A stretch of DNA of 63,537 nucleotides, counting the filler, from Octopus bimaculoides (taxonomy: Eukaryota): assembly GCF_001194135.2 (NCBI RefSeq). It is 5 parts of 5 records of this genome, joined end to end, with 100 filler letters (N's around TTAATTAATTAA, not from the genome) between each part and the next. Parts side by side here need not be neighbours in the genome. Positions count along the whole stretch, not along the records: positions 18,696 to 37,074 come from NC_068983.1; positions 37,175 to 43,721 come from NC_069000.1; 3 more parts are not named here. One strand, 5' to 3'. Under the pieces are notes generated by a model. It worked only from the letters and a program-made list of their open reading frames with translations. It ran no database searches and was not told the DNA's origin. Positions within the stretch are counted from its first letter, which is position 1. Each line of letters begins with the position of its first letter. Below, one piece after another: positions 24,161 to 38,147 of this stretch. The position numbers were made by a program, and so were the translations under genes.

Positions 24161-27100
24161 TTTTCTATACTGATTTGAAATAAATATAAACGAAACCACT
24201 CAGTCACATGTTTCATGATAATTACCAATACTGCATATTTGTATTGCTAGGAATTTACTTTGAAGACTAATGAAATATAATATTTGTCTTTAGAAAATTG
24301 AGCTGCTGTAATTTCAAGATAATTTTGATTACTATTGGTGATAAACATATCCACTGACGCCGATAAATTCTGCATTTTGAAATGATGTCAAGTAAGAAAA
24401 GCGCGCGATATCTAGGTCCTCATTTGTTCTCTTACGTTACTAATGAGCCTGCTTTGATTGCTGGAGACATTTTTAAGAGATAATCGGAAATTTATAACAT
24501 TTATTTACATCAGATACACAGATAAAAACATCTAAGCAATTACAAGTATATAATGACTGTAGTATTGAAATTGTAAATATATGTACATATAATGATGGAC
24601 TGCTAGAAATAGTCAGATGCTTTACTATCATTCAGTCTGTCTGTCCCTCTCTGACTGTCTTACTCACTGCCCTTCTCCCCAGCACTTCATCAATCTCTCA
24701 CCTTCCCTCTATCTATCTATCTATCTATCTATCTATAGNNNNNNNNNNAAAATAAGGGCCCTATTATTGATTATGTACTATTGTACATTATTGCAATGAA
24801 CCGATACACTAGTAATACACCTCTAGTTTAATGTTCGATATGACTTTCAGGAAATATTTATACATGGAAATTTCGCAAACCAGTTAATTTAATCTCTAGT
24901 ATTGGATCAATAAACAAAGTGTGTATAGAAATATAGCACTAGTATACAGCCGTTAAAGGATACCCCTCCCCCATCCTTAGTTGTAGAAACAGAGAACGTT
25001 CGTCTTTTTTCTACTCGCATGTGTATTGTTTATAAAAATTGTTTACACCACTCCGTAACTATAGAAAAGCGCTGCTCAAAAAAACATATAAATGTGCATG
25101 CATGCATGCATCTATGTATGTATGTATGTATGCATGCATGTATGTATGTATGCGTGTATGTGTGTATGTATGTGTGTATGTATGTATGCATTTATGTATG
25201 TATGTATGTATGTATGTATGCATGCATGTGTGTACTTTCTTATTCAACTTTTACACGNNNNNNNNNNNNNNNNNNNNNNNNNNNNNNNNNNNNNNNNNNN
25301 NNNNNNNNNNNNNNNNNNNNNNNNNNNNNNNNNNNNNNNNNNNNNNNNNNNNNNNNNNNNNNNNNNNNNNNNNNNNNNNNNNNNNNNNNNNNNNNNNNNN
25401 NNNNNNNNNNNNNNNNNNNNNNNNNNNNNNNNNNNNNNNNNNNNNNNNNNNNNNNNNNNNNNNNNNNNNNNNNNNNNNNNNNNNNNNNNNNNNNNNNNNN
25501 NNNNNNNNNNNNNNNNNNNNNNNNNNNNNNNNNNNNNNNNNNNNNNNNNNNNNNNNNNNNNNNNNNNNNNNNNNNNNNNNNNNNNNNNNNNNNNNNNNNN
25601 NNNNNNNNNNNNNNNNNNNNNNNNNNNNNNNNNNNNNNNNNNNNNNNNNNNNNNNNNNNNNNNNNNNNNNNNNNNNNNNNNNNNNNNNNNNNNNNNNNNN
25701 NNNNNNNNNNNNNNNNNNNNNNNNNNNNNNNNNNNNNNNNNNNNNNNNNNNNNNNNNNNNNNNNNNNNNNNNNNNNNNNNNNNNNNNNNNNNNNNNNNNN
25801 NNNNNNNNNNNNNNNNNNNNNNNNNNNNNNNNNNNNNNNNNNNNNNNNNNNNNNNNNNNNNNNNNNNNNNNNNNNNNNNNNNNNNNNNNNNNNNNNNNNN
25901 NNNNNNNNNNNNNNNNNNNNNNNNNNNNNNNNNNNNNNNNNNNNNNNNNNNNNNNNNNNNNNNNNNNNNNNNNNNNNNNNNNNNNNNNNNNNNNNNNNNN
26001 NNNNNNNNNNNNNNNNNNNNNNNNNNNNNNNNNNNNNNNNNNNNNNNNNNNNNNNNNNNNNNNNNNNNNNNNNNNNNNNNNNNNNNNNNNNNNNNNNNNN
26101 NNNNNNNNNNNNNNNNNNNNNNNNNNNNNNNNNNNNNNNNNNNNNNNNNNNNNNNNNNNNNNNNNNNNNNNNNNNNNNNNNNNNNNNNNNNNNNNNNNTA
26201 TGTATATATGTATATATCAATGCATTGGTATAAAGATAGATGAATGCAGAAAAAAAAACGCGCGTACACATATCAAATATTAATAAATCCATGTACAGAT
26301 GGAGGATGTCATATTCTACACTATAATCGGTTTGCAAGGAAACAGAGAATCCAATATTTTTCCGAATGTTCACCTAGTTTACAATTACTTTTAAATCAGC
26401 ATCTGACCCATATTTCAAAATTGCAGTAAAAAAAAAAGAATAGAAAAATCAGAAACGAAGACAACAAAAAATAAAGAATAAACCTTTTATGAGAAATTAT
26501 TTTGTATGCCTATTATTTGTGTTATTTATTTATTCATTGACGTAGCAAGAATAACTGCAGAGGCGTTATTTCTTCCATAGTCTTTATTTTTCGCTTCAAA
26601 TTTACATTTTGTTCTAATCATTAGCAAGCCGGAATGTGTAATTAATGCTGTAAGGATATTAGTTGCATTATTTTAGAAATATAATTAAAACAATATAACG
26701 CCTTCGTTGTTCTTGTAAGTGACATAGACGTCAAAACATCTCCGTTCTGCTTCCATATCATTTCTTGGCCTCATAACTTGCCAACAAATAGAATGAAAAA
26801 AGAAAAAAAAAAGATATTTCAAAATTTATCTTATCACATTACAGAAGATCTCGATGCGGAAATATGTAATAAAAAATATGAGAAATATAAAACTTTTGTG
26901 TAGAAAATTATATTATCTGATTAAACATATCGGCTTGATTAAATATATTTTCAAAATCACGAGAACCTGAAAAATAGTAATGATGATAATAATTATTATT
27001 ATAGTAGGAGTTGATGATAATTTTGATGATGATGACGATCATGTTGATAATGGCTTCTAACATGTGATGTTTTCTAAAAATTGGTACAAGGTTGCAAATA

Positions 27101-27452
27101 TTTGGGGGAGGCGAGTATAATTAACTTCGTTCGCCTGGATCTGGTAGGGAATGTTTTTAAAGGGTTTTAAATCAATTCTGTGGTTTTTCTGCTAAAAGTT
27201 CGGAAGAATGTGTACTTTCGATCTCTCTATCTAACTTATGTGACAACTCCCTCCTCCCCTACTTCTCCCCCCTCTCTCTCCCTCTGTGTTCCTGTCTCTC
27301 TTTATCTATCTCGCTTTCTGTCCACATACACTAACACAGTCATGTACACTTACTCACACACATATAGATATATAGACATACATATACATACAAATATACA
27401 TATATACATAAATACATACAGGTACAGGTATGTATGTATGTATGTATGTATG

Positions 27453-27483
<31 letters not shown>

Positions 27484-27503
27484 GTATGAATGTATATATA
27501 TAC

Positions 27504-27537
<34 letters not shown>

Positions 27538-28892
27538 CCATAAAATATATTTCTAGCTTTGCCATTGTTCTCTTTATCCTTTTCTCTCTTTATACATACA
27601 CACGCTAATACACGACCTATGTTATATTCCCCACTCATGTTTATACAACGACAGGGTAAAAACTAACCGGTATACAGCACTTACTCGGTGTTACCTCTAT
27701 CTTTGGGTTTGGTTGAATCCAATACCCTTCATAACCTTTATATATATATATATGAATTTCTGTTACATATATATGCACTTACCTGTGATACTTATGAGAA
27801 ATAGAGAGAATGTATAAAAATAAATAAATAGATAAATAGATAAAGAAACAAATATATAAATATATTTGTCACATACCTGGCATAAATATAAGATATAAAG
27901 GTTGATAAAATAAATAAATAACCCTATATAAAGACCGTGGATACATACAATATACAAAGCGAACCCATACCCCCCCCACACACATACACACAAACACACA
28001 CACAATCAAGAGTACAAACGCATGCGCACGTAAGGATACACACCTTAGAAGAACAAAATGGAGTAAGTAGAGCAAGAACACACACGAAAAAATAAATGTC
28101 GTCGAAGAGGTCGCAGATACGTGACAAAAGATTTCCGGACAATGGACAAGAGTTAAAATAATAAAAAAAGAACAGCAATAAACAAGTGAAGAAAAAGTAT
28201 ATATACGTATATATATATATATATATATATATNNNNNNNNNNNNNNNNNNNNNNNNNNNNNNNNNNNNNNNNNNNNNNNNNNNNNNNNNNNNNNNNNNNN
28301 NNNNNNNNNNNNNNNNNNNNNNNNNNNNNNNNNNNNNNNNNNNNNNNNNNNNNNNNNNNNNNNNNNNNNNNNNNNNNNNNNNNNNNNNNNNNNNNNNNNN
28401 NNNNNNNNNNNNNNNNNNNNNNNNNNNNNNNNNNNNNNNNNNNNNNNNNNNNNNNNNNNNNNNNNNNNNNNNNNNNNNNNNNNNNNNNNNNNNNNNNNNN
28501 NNNNNNNNNNNNNNNNNNNNNNNNNNNNNNNNNNNNNNNNNNNNNNNNNNNNNNNNNNNNNNNNNNNNNNNNNNNNNNNNNNNNNNNNNNNNNNNNNNNN
28601 NNNNNNNNNNNNNNNNNNNNNNNNNNNNNNNNNNNNNNNNNNNNNNNNNNNNNNNNNNNNNNNNNNNNNNNNNNNNNNNNNNNNNNNNNNNNNNNNNNNN
28701 NNNNNNNNNNNNNNNNNNNNNNNNNNNNNNNNNNNNNNNNNNNNNNNNNNNNNNNNNNNNNNNNNNNNNNNNNNNNNNNNNNNNNNNNNNNNNNNNNNNN
28801 NNNNNNNNNNNNNNNNNNNNNNNNNNNNNNNNNNNNNNNNNNNNNNNNNNNNNNNNNNNNNNNNNNNNNNNNNNNNNNNNNNNNNNNNNNNN

Positions 28893-28942
28893 ATGCGAGC
28901 ACCAACAATTTGACCACGTTGAAAGTCCAATAAATATGCCAT
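28893..28942 (-). mobile_element. Tc1 transposase N-terminus, cut off by a gap
   Basis: MAYLLDFQRGQIVGAR is a typical Tc1 start, homologous to the DFQRGRIVA segment at 15860-15900. Confidence 0.65.
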
Positions 28943-29465
28943 TTTAATGAATTTTAATTACCTTTTTCTGATGATAACTGAAAAGAAACAGCAATTTTAG
29001 TAAAACATATTACACAACACTAATAACATATAAAAAAAACCCCAAAAAAAGCAAAGCCCAAAAATAAACAAGCTTTTGACGGTTTTATAGATATTTCAAA
29101 ATTATGCTGCTATGATGCTAGGTGTTTCCATTATTTTGTCCAACCCCTGTGCATACATACGGCTCCATGTGCTTATGTCTGTGCATGCCTACATATATAT
29201 CTGGCATGTGTGCGTGTGTGTTTGTATCTGTGTTTGTGTGTGTGTGTATGTTTGTGTCTGTGTTTGTGTGTGCATGTATGCACGTGTGTTGTATACATAT
29301 CTGTAAATGTATATGTATGCGCGAGAAAATCTGTTGCCTATCCTCCACGCCCATCTTCCTGTTTTCTACACGTTTATTAACAGAATTTACTTTCTCTTTC
29401 CTCATAACATGAGTCTTCCATTCCGCTTACATCATCGTTTAAGCCACCCTACTAATTACTCTTTA

Positions 29466-29494
<29 letters not shown>

Positions 29495-29500
<6 letters not shown>

Positions 29501-29800
29501 ACTTGTTTCAGTCATTTGACTGTGGCCATGCTGGGGTACCGCCTTTAGTCGAGCAAATCGACCCCGGAGTTACTCTCTGTAAGCCTAGTGCTTATTCTAT
29601 CAGTCTCTTTTTGCCGAAACGCTANNNNNNNNNNTACACACATATATACGACGGTCTTCTTTCAGTTCCCGTCTACAAAATCCACTCACAAGGCTTTGGT
29701 CGGCCCTAGGCTATAGTAGAAGACACTTGCCCAAGGTGCCACGCAGTAGGACTGAACCCGGAACCATGTGGTTGGTAAGCAAGCTACTTACCACAGCTCT
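29495..29800 (-). mobile_element. SINE family B copy
   Basis: Same tail, internal microsatellite/gap and head as 14735-15143. Confidence 0.9.
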
Positions 29801-31203
29801 TGTGGAAAACATTTTCACAGGCTTATTTTAAGATTACACATGAACTATAATATGCAGATTTAACTCCTCGCCAAACTCACCAACTGGTTGGCACATAATG
29901 CTGTTTTTATTTTACCTGAAAAAAAGCACATTTATGTCTCTCACCGTCAATGACCAACGTTTACTTTAATAGTGACCTATTTACTGCTAATACTTTATTA
30001 TTCTCCTGCTAATCCTGTCAGTTCTATACTATCATAGACTCAATAATTACTTACATACGTCTAATTCTCTAGGTAATTGACTAATTAGAATGCCTCAGCA
30101 TGGATATCAGTGGACATCACTATCTTCCTGACATCCACCTTGGAAATCTTGGAAACCGTAAATCGGATTCATATCTAAGACATAAATCTCTCACTTTACG
30201 TAATGTTCATCTCATTGGCGATCAAGCTGCAGATCACTTGTGATGATGCTATTTTATTCAATGATTTGTACGCAATTGCTGTATGATATCAATTTAACTT
30301 ATCTAGAAAAACCTATATCTAGCCAATAACTCTGGTTTCATTTTAGATCCTCATTTTCCACATTATTACGATTCAGTTACTTTTGAAGATGTGCACGAGT
30401 TACTTAGTATGGTTATGAAACATTGTTTCTTCTAACGTTCAGTTCCTATTTAATTTTCAGCTACAATTAGTGCCAACAAAAATTCGATAAATCTGTAAAC
30501 GAGGTATGTATTGGTAATTCATATCTTAGTTTATTTAAACAAGCTCTGTCCCGAGGTGTGCAATTCTGTAATTTACCATAAAATTAAAACTTTCTCCTAA
30601 CTCTGAACATCTTCAGAGTTTACCTTACATTTTATAAACCGACAAAAGTTTAAAATCATTCTTTGTCTTTAACCTAGATATCGTTGCACTGTTATTTTTT
30701 ATTTTCATTATCTTCAATATGTTTTTCATCTGATTTGCCAATACTGTATATAGTCAGATGTTTTGCACAATGACATCATTAGCTCTAAACAATCAAATCT
30801 GCAGCAATCGTTTATTTTCTACTTACTTTGATAGAAGTATTTATCTGATTTTCTCTTAAAACTATTCTCAATCCTTTTTTGTATGATATTATATGTAGCA
30901 TTTTCCAATTATGATATTGCAATTCACTCGTTTTTCTTCTTATCTCGAACTATGTAGAGGCTATACATTTACATTTATCAAATTTATCTTTTTGCATCTA
31001 TTCAGGAGATTTTCTTTTACAATTCAGCAACATTTGTTTTTTCAATTAATTTTGTAGTTCTCTTTTCGTACCAATAATCTCAGAAACTATATATCTTTTT
31101 CTATAACTGATACCATTAATAGTGGTGATTTTTATCTGCTTTAATGTTTCAAATTAACCTACATATATAATGTACGTTATATCTCAATATCATACAATGC
31201 AGA

Positions 31204-31204
<1 letters not shown>

Positions 31205-31268
<64 letters not shown>

Positions 31269-31278
31269 CATTATTACT
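31205..31278. repeat. (TTA)n microsatellite
   Basis: Direct reading. Confidence 0.95.
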
Positions 31279-32818
31279 ATTTTTTGTTTGGAATTTCTCA
31301 AGAATCTCATTCAAATATTATATTAGGGAATATATTTTTATTTTTATTTTTATCTATTAAATCAACATTCATTACTATAATTTTTTTTATATTATCTTAT
31401 CTCATGTTAGCTTGACTCATATTATAGAGAGCTATCGTTATATTCTTAAACCGATTATCTCTCAATCATATGTGCCAGGTATATAAATTCCATTTGACCT
31501 CATTCTATGTTGCATATAATTGTATCTAGATGCGATTTGTCTAATAAGCAAATCAGCATCGTTCCATAGGAAGCCACACGTAAGCTCAATGCATAAATAT
31601 CCTACTTCTCTTAACTTCATGCGAATCTTCACAATACCTCTTAATGATATATTCTATAGGGAACGTATCAGGCTCCTGGGTTTTTTCTACTTCATCACGA
31701 GATATTTGCGCTAGTTTATTTTCCAAAATAGTATTATTTTCCTCCAAAGAAGTTCTATAGAATGCTTGATTTATTTTTTTTTACCATCTAGTGTTCTCCA
31801 CAAAGCCATTAACGAAATTCTCCTTTCATTATCTACTGTTTGTTTCGTTCTCTTTCGCACCCTCTTTCTCTTTCTTACTACGTTTTTCTCTTATATGAAA
31901 CAGTGTTTCTTGTGTCACTCTGTTATCTTTCTAATCATCTTTTCAGTTGTGACTTATTCACATTTATATCTCTGTTATCTACAACTTGATGCAGAATGGA
32001 ATGCAAGGAAGAATACTTTATTATATTTCGTTTCGGGCTTATCTGTCTAAATTGAAAGGTAATTTGTAAATCAAGATAACTTCGTGTAACATGAAACGAA
32101 ATATATTCTGACGCTTCGGACAGGCTTCTTCCTTCAAGGCACATAGAAAATTCTTTGGAGTTTGGTAATGAACTTGATAAATGTATGTAACGCTAGTTAG
32201 AGACTGAGAGATGGCAAATTGTAATATAGGTGTGAGGTGATGGGTGGTATGACAATATCCCACTAACTGGCAAGCAAAATCAAATACATAGAATGACTGT
32301 ACGTGTAAGTTTGAATTTACAGATGGGAGAAAATGTAGCGAATACATAGAGCAAGTATGTTTAATCATTCAATGCTTTTGAAACTTCTATATTTCTCTAC
32401 TCTGTGCTTCGCGGGTCAACATCAAAGCATAGAAGGGAAAACCTTGTTTTGGGAGAATGGAGAATGAGGGAATATATACAAATGAATATATATANNNNNN
32501 NNNNNNNNNNNNNNNNNNNNNNNNNNNNNNNNNNNNNNNNNNNNNNNNNNNNNNNNNNNNNNNNNNNNNNNNNNNNNNNNNNNNNNNNNNNNNNNNNNNN
32601 NNNTATATATATAACTCTTCGAAACGCTTAGTTTTAGAATGGTGGCAGCTGACGAAGGGAATGTTCTCTATGTGGCCTGTGTGTTTTCTGTACTCTGTTT
32701 ATCATTTTGTCCACGTTTTTTTGCTACATCCTGTACCCAGATATGCATCTATATATACATGTAGATGTAGGTATGTACGTACATGTACGTATATACGGAT
32801 ATACTCATATATTATTTG

Positions 32819-32854
<36 letters not shown>

Positions 32855-33875
32855 CTTTAAAACCTTCTCACCTAATGAATGTGATCTGTGATGAATGTAA
32901 CAGCTACCGTAGTTATATTATACGTAGCTCACCGAAAAACATTTAGGAGAATATTGATGCAACACATACTTGTCCTGGTCAATGAGCTGGATGATGTCAA
33001 CATCAAATCTTGCTTGGAGAGTTACAACAGAATACAACATATACTCATAAGTTACAGTATCTTGCGCAGTGCAACTTTATTCGCTATGAAGCTTGGAATT
33101 GCAGCGTATTCACGTAAGAGTCTGTATGATTCAAGTACCAACAACGATGTCGAGTGGATTCAAAGGATTTATTTCTTTGAATAGTCAGCAACAGCCATTA
33201 CTTCTTGGAATTTACTTTTCTAGATATCCCTTAGTGACGACCGTTTTGCTTAAAAGGTTTTTCCCTTCACAAACACCCATGATATCAGAGAATCAGAACT
33301 TCTTTCAGTTAACAGTGTAACTACACATAAATTAACTGGTCAGAACAAATTACAATCTCCTACAAAACAACAAGAGCTGTTACTAGTGTCAAGAGTATTG
33401 GAGACCGTTTCAAACTAATATGAATTGAAACAAACTTTGACCTCGAGATATTACAAAGACGTCTCTAAGCGACAAATGCGATTGGACACTATGACACACG
33501 AAGAAGCACAAACACAGACACACATACACACACACATATACATACACAAACATCTCCTACCTAAACAAACCACTACACTTCCTACTACCTCCCATATCCC
33601 TTTTCATTTATCTTTGTACTTGTCTTTGACCCCCAGAAATTTAACCGCAAACCATATAAACACCAATACACGCCCTTACACGACCACACAAACCCGTACC
33701 AAGAAACTAAACGCACTTCATTATTATCACGAAGCTCCCAATCAGATATTTAATATATCTTAATTAGCAAGTTACGTTACCTATCTGGACAACACTCAAG
33801 TCACTAATATAATAATTTTATTGAAACTGATTTTATTCCTCATCACAACAATGTCTATATAAAAACATCATTATC

Positions 33876-33906
<31 letters not shown>

Positions 33907-36299
33907 ATACATATGTACACACAACACACGCGCGCGCGCGCATATAAATATATGAAGCAGCCTTTCGTCATCATCATCATCTAACCCAAGTTCACTCATA
34001 CTAATTATTGCCTATAAAAAAACATTATATAGACTTATAGACTTACACACAGAGGCCGGAGGCAACTCAACATCTTATCAGTACTACTTTCATTCTTTAG
34101 CATTTAACACTTTGAGATGAAACTACTAATCACCTAAGGCTTTGAACTTTCCAATATTCACTATAAATCTAACTCTAAAAGGCTATTGAGTTCACTCTTT
34201 CTTACACATAATAATACTTAATACAACTAGCTCACCGTTTTATTAATACTATGTGCGCGTATGAGTATGTACGCATATATATATATATACACATATGTGT
34301 GTGTGTTTGTATATATATATATATACGCACACGCGCATATATATATATGAATATAAATAAAACGGTGAGCTAGTNNNNNNNNNNNNNNNNNNNNNNNNNN
34401 NNNNNNNNNNNNNNNNNNNNNNNNNNNNNNNNNNNNNNNNNNNNNNNNNNNNNNNNNNNNNNNNNNNNNNNNNNNNNNNNNNNNNNNNNNNNNNNNNNNN
34501 NNNNNNNNNNNNNNNNNNNNNNNNNNNNNNNNNNNNNNNNNNNNNNNNNNNNNNNNNNNNNNNNNNNNNNNNNNNNNNNNNNNNNNNNNNNNNNNNNNNN
34601 NNNNNNNNNNNNNNNNNNNNNNNNNNNNNNNNNNNNNNNNNNNNNNNNNNNNNNNNNNNNNNNNNNNNNNNNNNNNNNNNNNNNNNNNNNNNNNNNNNNN
34701 NNNNNNNNNNNNNNNNNNNNNNNNNNNNNNNNNNNNNNNNNNNNNNNNNNNNNNNNNNNNNNNNNNNNNNNNNNNNNNNNNNNNNNNNNNNNNNNNNNNN
34801 NNNNNNNNNNNNNNNNNNNNNNNNNNNNNNNNNNNNNNNNNNNNNNNNNNNNNNNNNNNNNNNNNNNNNNNNNNNNNNNNNNNNNNNNNNNNNNNNNNNN
34901 NNNNNNNNNNNNNTATATATATGATATATATATATATATATATATGCATATATAAATATATATATGTATGTATGTATGTATTTATATATGTGTTTATGTG
35001 TGAATATGTATGTGTGCATATATGTAAGTTAGAATCCTTGTGCTTGTGTATGTGTAAATATATGTGTTTGTTTAGTGTTGTATTTAAGTTTCTATGTATA
35101 TAGTATATTAGTGTGTATATTGAGATACATAAGTGAAGACACGTAGAGACAGGTAAAGATAATAAAGAGGTTATTAAATGGTCTACATTTATTTATTTTT
35201 AATACTTGATGTTTGGAGTTTAGCTTCTTTCGAATGTCATTCTTTTCGCAGTTTATATTTTATACTCTTGATAGATATGTTAGTTCTGCAATAGAAACAT
35301 ATACAGGTTTTCGACAGGATTTAATATCGAGGGACATGCTGCAATGTATTTCACCGTTTTCACATTATTAAAATGCGAAAATGAAAGAACCAGTGTGTAC
35401 TTTCAAGCCCCTGATGCAAGAATTCAAATTTGTTGTAAACCATTCCTACCCTATTAAAATATGGTAGAAATCGAGGCCTAAGATAATCTCAAAATAATAC
35501 CCTATAAAATGTTGGAATCTATTCGATTATAAGTATACTTAAACATAGGTAAATCCTGCAGACCAAGAACAAGAACAAAAATATATAAATTCGTTTCATC
35601 TTTATAATGGAGCAACTTGTATATATTTGATCGTTGTTGACTTATCACAGTCATTCACAACTACTTTGTAGGAGAGCGATCTGGATCATTCTCATTCGGC
35701 AAAGGACAGGCCAATAAAGAAACGTAGAAAGGTAGGCCACATTGAATCTGGCGGTGTCAACAGCTCTAAAATAAGTGTTTGGGATATATGCATATATATA
35801 TANNNNNNNNNNNNNNNNNNNNNNNNNNNNNNNNNNNNNNNNNNNNNNNNNNNNNNNNNNNNNNNNNNNNNNNNNNNNNNNNNNNNNNNNNNNNNNNNNN
35901 NNNNNNNNNNNNNNNNNNNNNNNNNNNNNNNNNNNNNNNNNNNNNNNNNNNNNNNNNNNNNNNNNNNNNNNNNNNNNNNNNNNNNNNNNNNNNNNNNNNN
36001 NNNNNNNNNNNNNNNNNNNNNNNNNNNNNNNNNNNNNNNNNNNNNNNNNNNNNNNNNNNNNNNNNNNNNNNNNNNNNNNNNNNNNNNNNNNNNNNNNNNN
36101 NNNNNNNNNNNNNNNNNNNNNNNNNNNNNNNNNNNNNNNNNNNNNNNNNNNNNNNNNNNNNNNNNNNNNNNNNNNNNNNNNNNNNNNNNNNNNNNNNNNN
36201 NNNNNNNNNNNNNNNNNNNNNNNNNNNNNNNNNNNNNNNNNNNNNNNNNNNNNNNNNNNNNNNNNNNNNNNNNNNNNNNNNNNNNNNNNNNNNNNNNNN

Positions 36300-36349
<50 letters not shown>

Positions 36350-36429
36350 GTAAGTGCGTCCATGTATACATACATATTATACATCCTATATACATAGTCA
36401 TACACACACAACCCACCTTATCCGATAAC

Positions 36430-36660
36430 TATATTCTCTTTCCGATTTTTCGTGACCGTTCATATCCCAGCTATTTATCAATTTGCACGTGTCTCGTTTC
36501 CTCCAATGTAAACCGAATTAGTGTGTCACATGCTCTGTTTGCAAAGTACAGTCACGTCCTGGCAGAAATATTGATTTATACAAAGACTGGTTTATCCGTA
36601 ACGCTTTCTGCATTCATAAAGTCTGTTTCCTCCCCTGGATACACTACGTACCATTTGTTT
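36430..36660 (-). pseudogene. Possible GIY-YIG endonuclease remnant of a Penelope-like element
   Basis: Removing one G from gtttacattggaGgaaacgaga (minus strand) gives VYIGETRH; upstream DCTLQTEHV resembles the CT-x-x-x-NV motif. Heavily decayed. Confidence 0.3.
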
Positions 36661-37022
36661 AGCATTTTACATTTCATTTGCCTCAGTCACAGGATTGCGG
36701 CCATATTGGAATATAGCCTAGAAAAGCGAAATAAATAGTTAAAAAAGCTACTTGTACAGGCCGGGAGTCGCATCAAAGCCAGCTGCGAGGCAGGTAATTC
36801 TATTAATAATCTATCGATCTTCACGTTATTGATAAGACATGTTCATGTTTGTAGTGCACAAATCATTCCAGTTGGCCCTTTCATTTGTTTCATCGTTCAT
36901 TGTCCCTGAATTTTACTGACATAGAAAAATGGGAGGTGCGCTATGAATGACTACACACCTCTGATAAAAGGGGTGGGGTTCTCTGATAAGGAATTATATA
37001 TACATATAAATGTGTGTATATA

Positions 37023-37074
<52 letters not shown>

Positions 37075-37174
37075 NNNNNNNNNNNNNNNNNNNNNNNNNN
37101 NNNNNNNNNNNNNNNNNNTTAATTAATTAANNNNNNNNNNNNNNNNNNNNNNNNNNNNNNNNNNNNNNNNNNNN

Positions 37175-37340
37175 GTGGTGAAAGAGTACAGCAGGGTTCG
37201 CCACCATCCCCCGCCGGAGCCTTGTGGAGATTTAGGTGTTTTTGCTCAATAAACACTCACAACGCCCGGTCTGGGAATCGAAACTGCGATCCTATGACCG
37301 CGAGTCCGCTGCCCTAACCACTGGGCTATTGCGCCTCCAC
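37175..37340 (-). mobile_element. SINE family C 5' half
   Basis: Reverse complement GTGGAGGCGCAATAGCCCAGTGGTTAGGGCAGCGGACTCGCGGTC...TTCGATTCCC (tRNA-like head). Confidence 0.9.
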
Positions 37341-37574
37341 CGAGTACAGAGAGTAATAGGAAATTAAATAGATGACAAAGGAGCTTCATAAGCTTACAGC
37401 TCTTTCTGCTATAAAATGCAATGCACTCCTAGCCTAGTGCTTGTGTCTCACGTCATAGCTTCCTCAGAGCTTCATATATATATACTTACATATTACATTT
37501 CTCTTGCTCGTCATCCCGCTCTCGAAATTGCAGACCCTGTGCCAAAAATTGAAGACAATTTGTAAAGAAACTTT

Positions 37575-37770
37575 TAAGGCCGCGAACTGGCAAAATGCTT
37601 AGCGGCATTTCATCCGTTTTAACTTTCTGAGTTCAAATTCCCCCGACGTTGACTGTGCCTTTCATCCTTAATTTAGATCGAAAAATTAAGTACCAGTTGA
37701 GCACTGGGGTTGTTGTAATTGATTTCTCTCCTCTTCCGAACTTGCTGGCCATGTGCCAAAATTTTAAAAG
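37575..37770 (+). mobile_element. SINE family A copy upstream of the CUB exon
   Basis: aaggccgcgaactggcaaaatgcttagcggcatttc...ttctgagttcaaatt...taagtaccagttgagcactggggttg. Confidence 0.85.
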
Positions 37771-37976
37771 CAATATAGAAAGAAACTTTGTTGCTTTACA
37801 TCCGTTTCGTTAATTTAAATCTGTTGATCTCTTAATCTATGTGTGTTAATCTATATCTATTAATCTATATTCAGGATTGTGAATACAAACGTCGATGCCA
37901 AAATGGTAAAGGAACAAACAACATTTCTTCTCTCTTACTTGCATCTCTTTGACACTTAATTCCTGTATATTTTCAG

Positions 37977-38147
37977 ATGATCCCGATTCGGTGCCAGTAG
38001 TTTTCAAACCTCCACCACTATCATCGGATTTTATATCACCAAGCTGTTGGAATTTCACTCATGGTAATCGAAACACGATGGAGTTTTACAGTCCCAACTA
38101 TCCTGGTAACTACTCTGGTGGTGCCGACTGCATCCAATACTTAGAAG
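37977..38147 (+). CDS. NETO: Internal coding exon, N-terminal half of a CUB domain; most like CUB1 of Neto (neuropilin and tolloid-like, auxiliary subunit of ionotropic glutamate receptors)
   Basis: Pyrimidine-rich acceptor ...ttcctgtatattttcAG (AG at 37975-76) and donor G|GTAGGC at 38147/48; 171 nt, phase 1 at both ends. Translation xDPDSVPVVFKPPPLSSDFISPSCWNFTHGNRNTMEFYSPNYPGNYSGGADCIQYLE(G) has the CUB motif C-x(n)-F-x-SPNYP-x-x-Y-x(4)-C and two N-glycosylation sequons (NFT, NYS). The C-x-NFT-x-G...EFYSP pattern resembles invertebrate Neto as I recall it. CUB call ~0.85; Neto orthology less certain. Confidence 0.72.

Noticed and set aside
32617-32660. GAAAC...CTGACGA as a type-II hammerhead
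   Set aside because: Stems I and II do not pair convincingly; at most a decayed PLE fragment.
34226-34374. Perfect 19-bp inverted repeat ACTAGCTCACCGTTTTATT / AATAAAACGGTGAGCTAGT
   Set aside because: Resembles a SINE A head, and the right copy ends exactly at a gap, so an assembly or library inversion artefact cannot be excluded.
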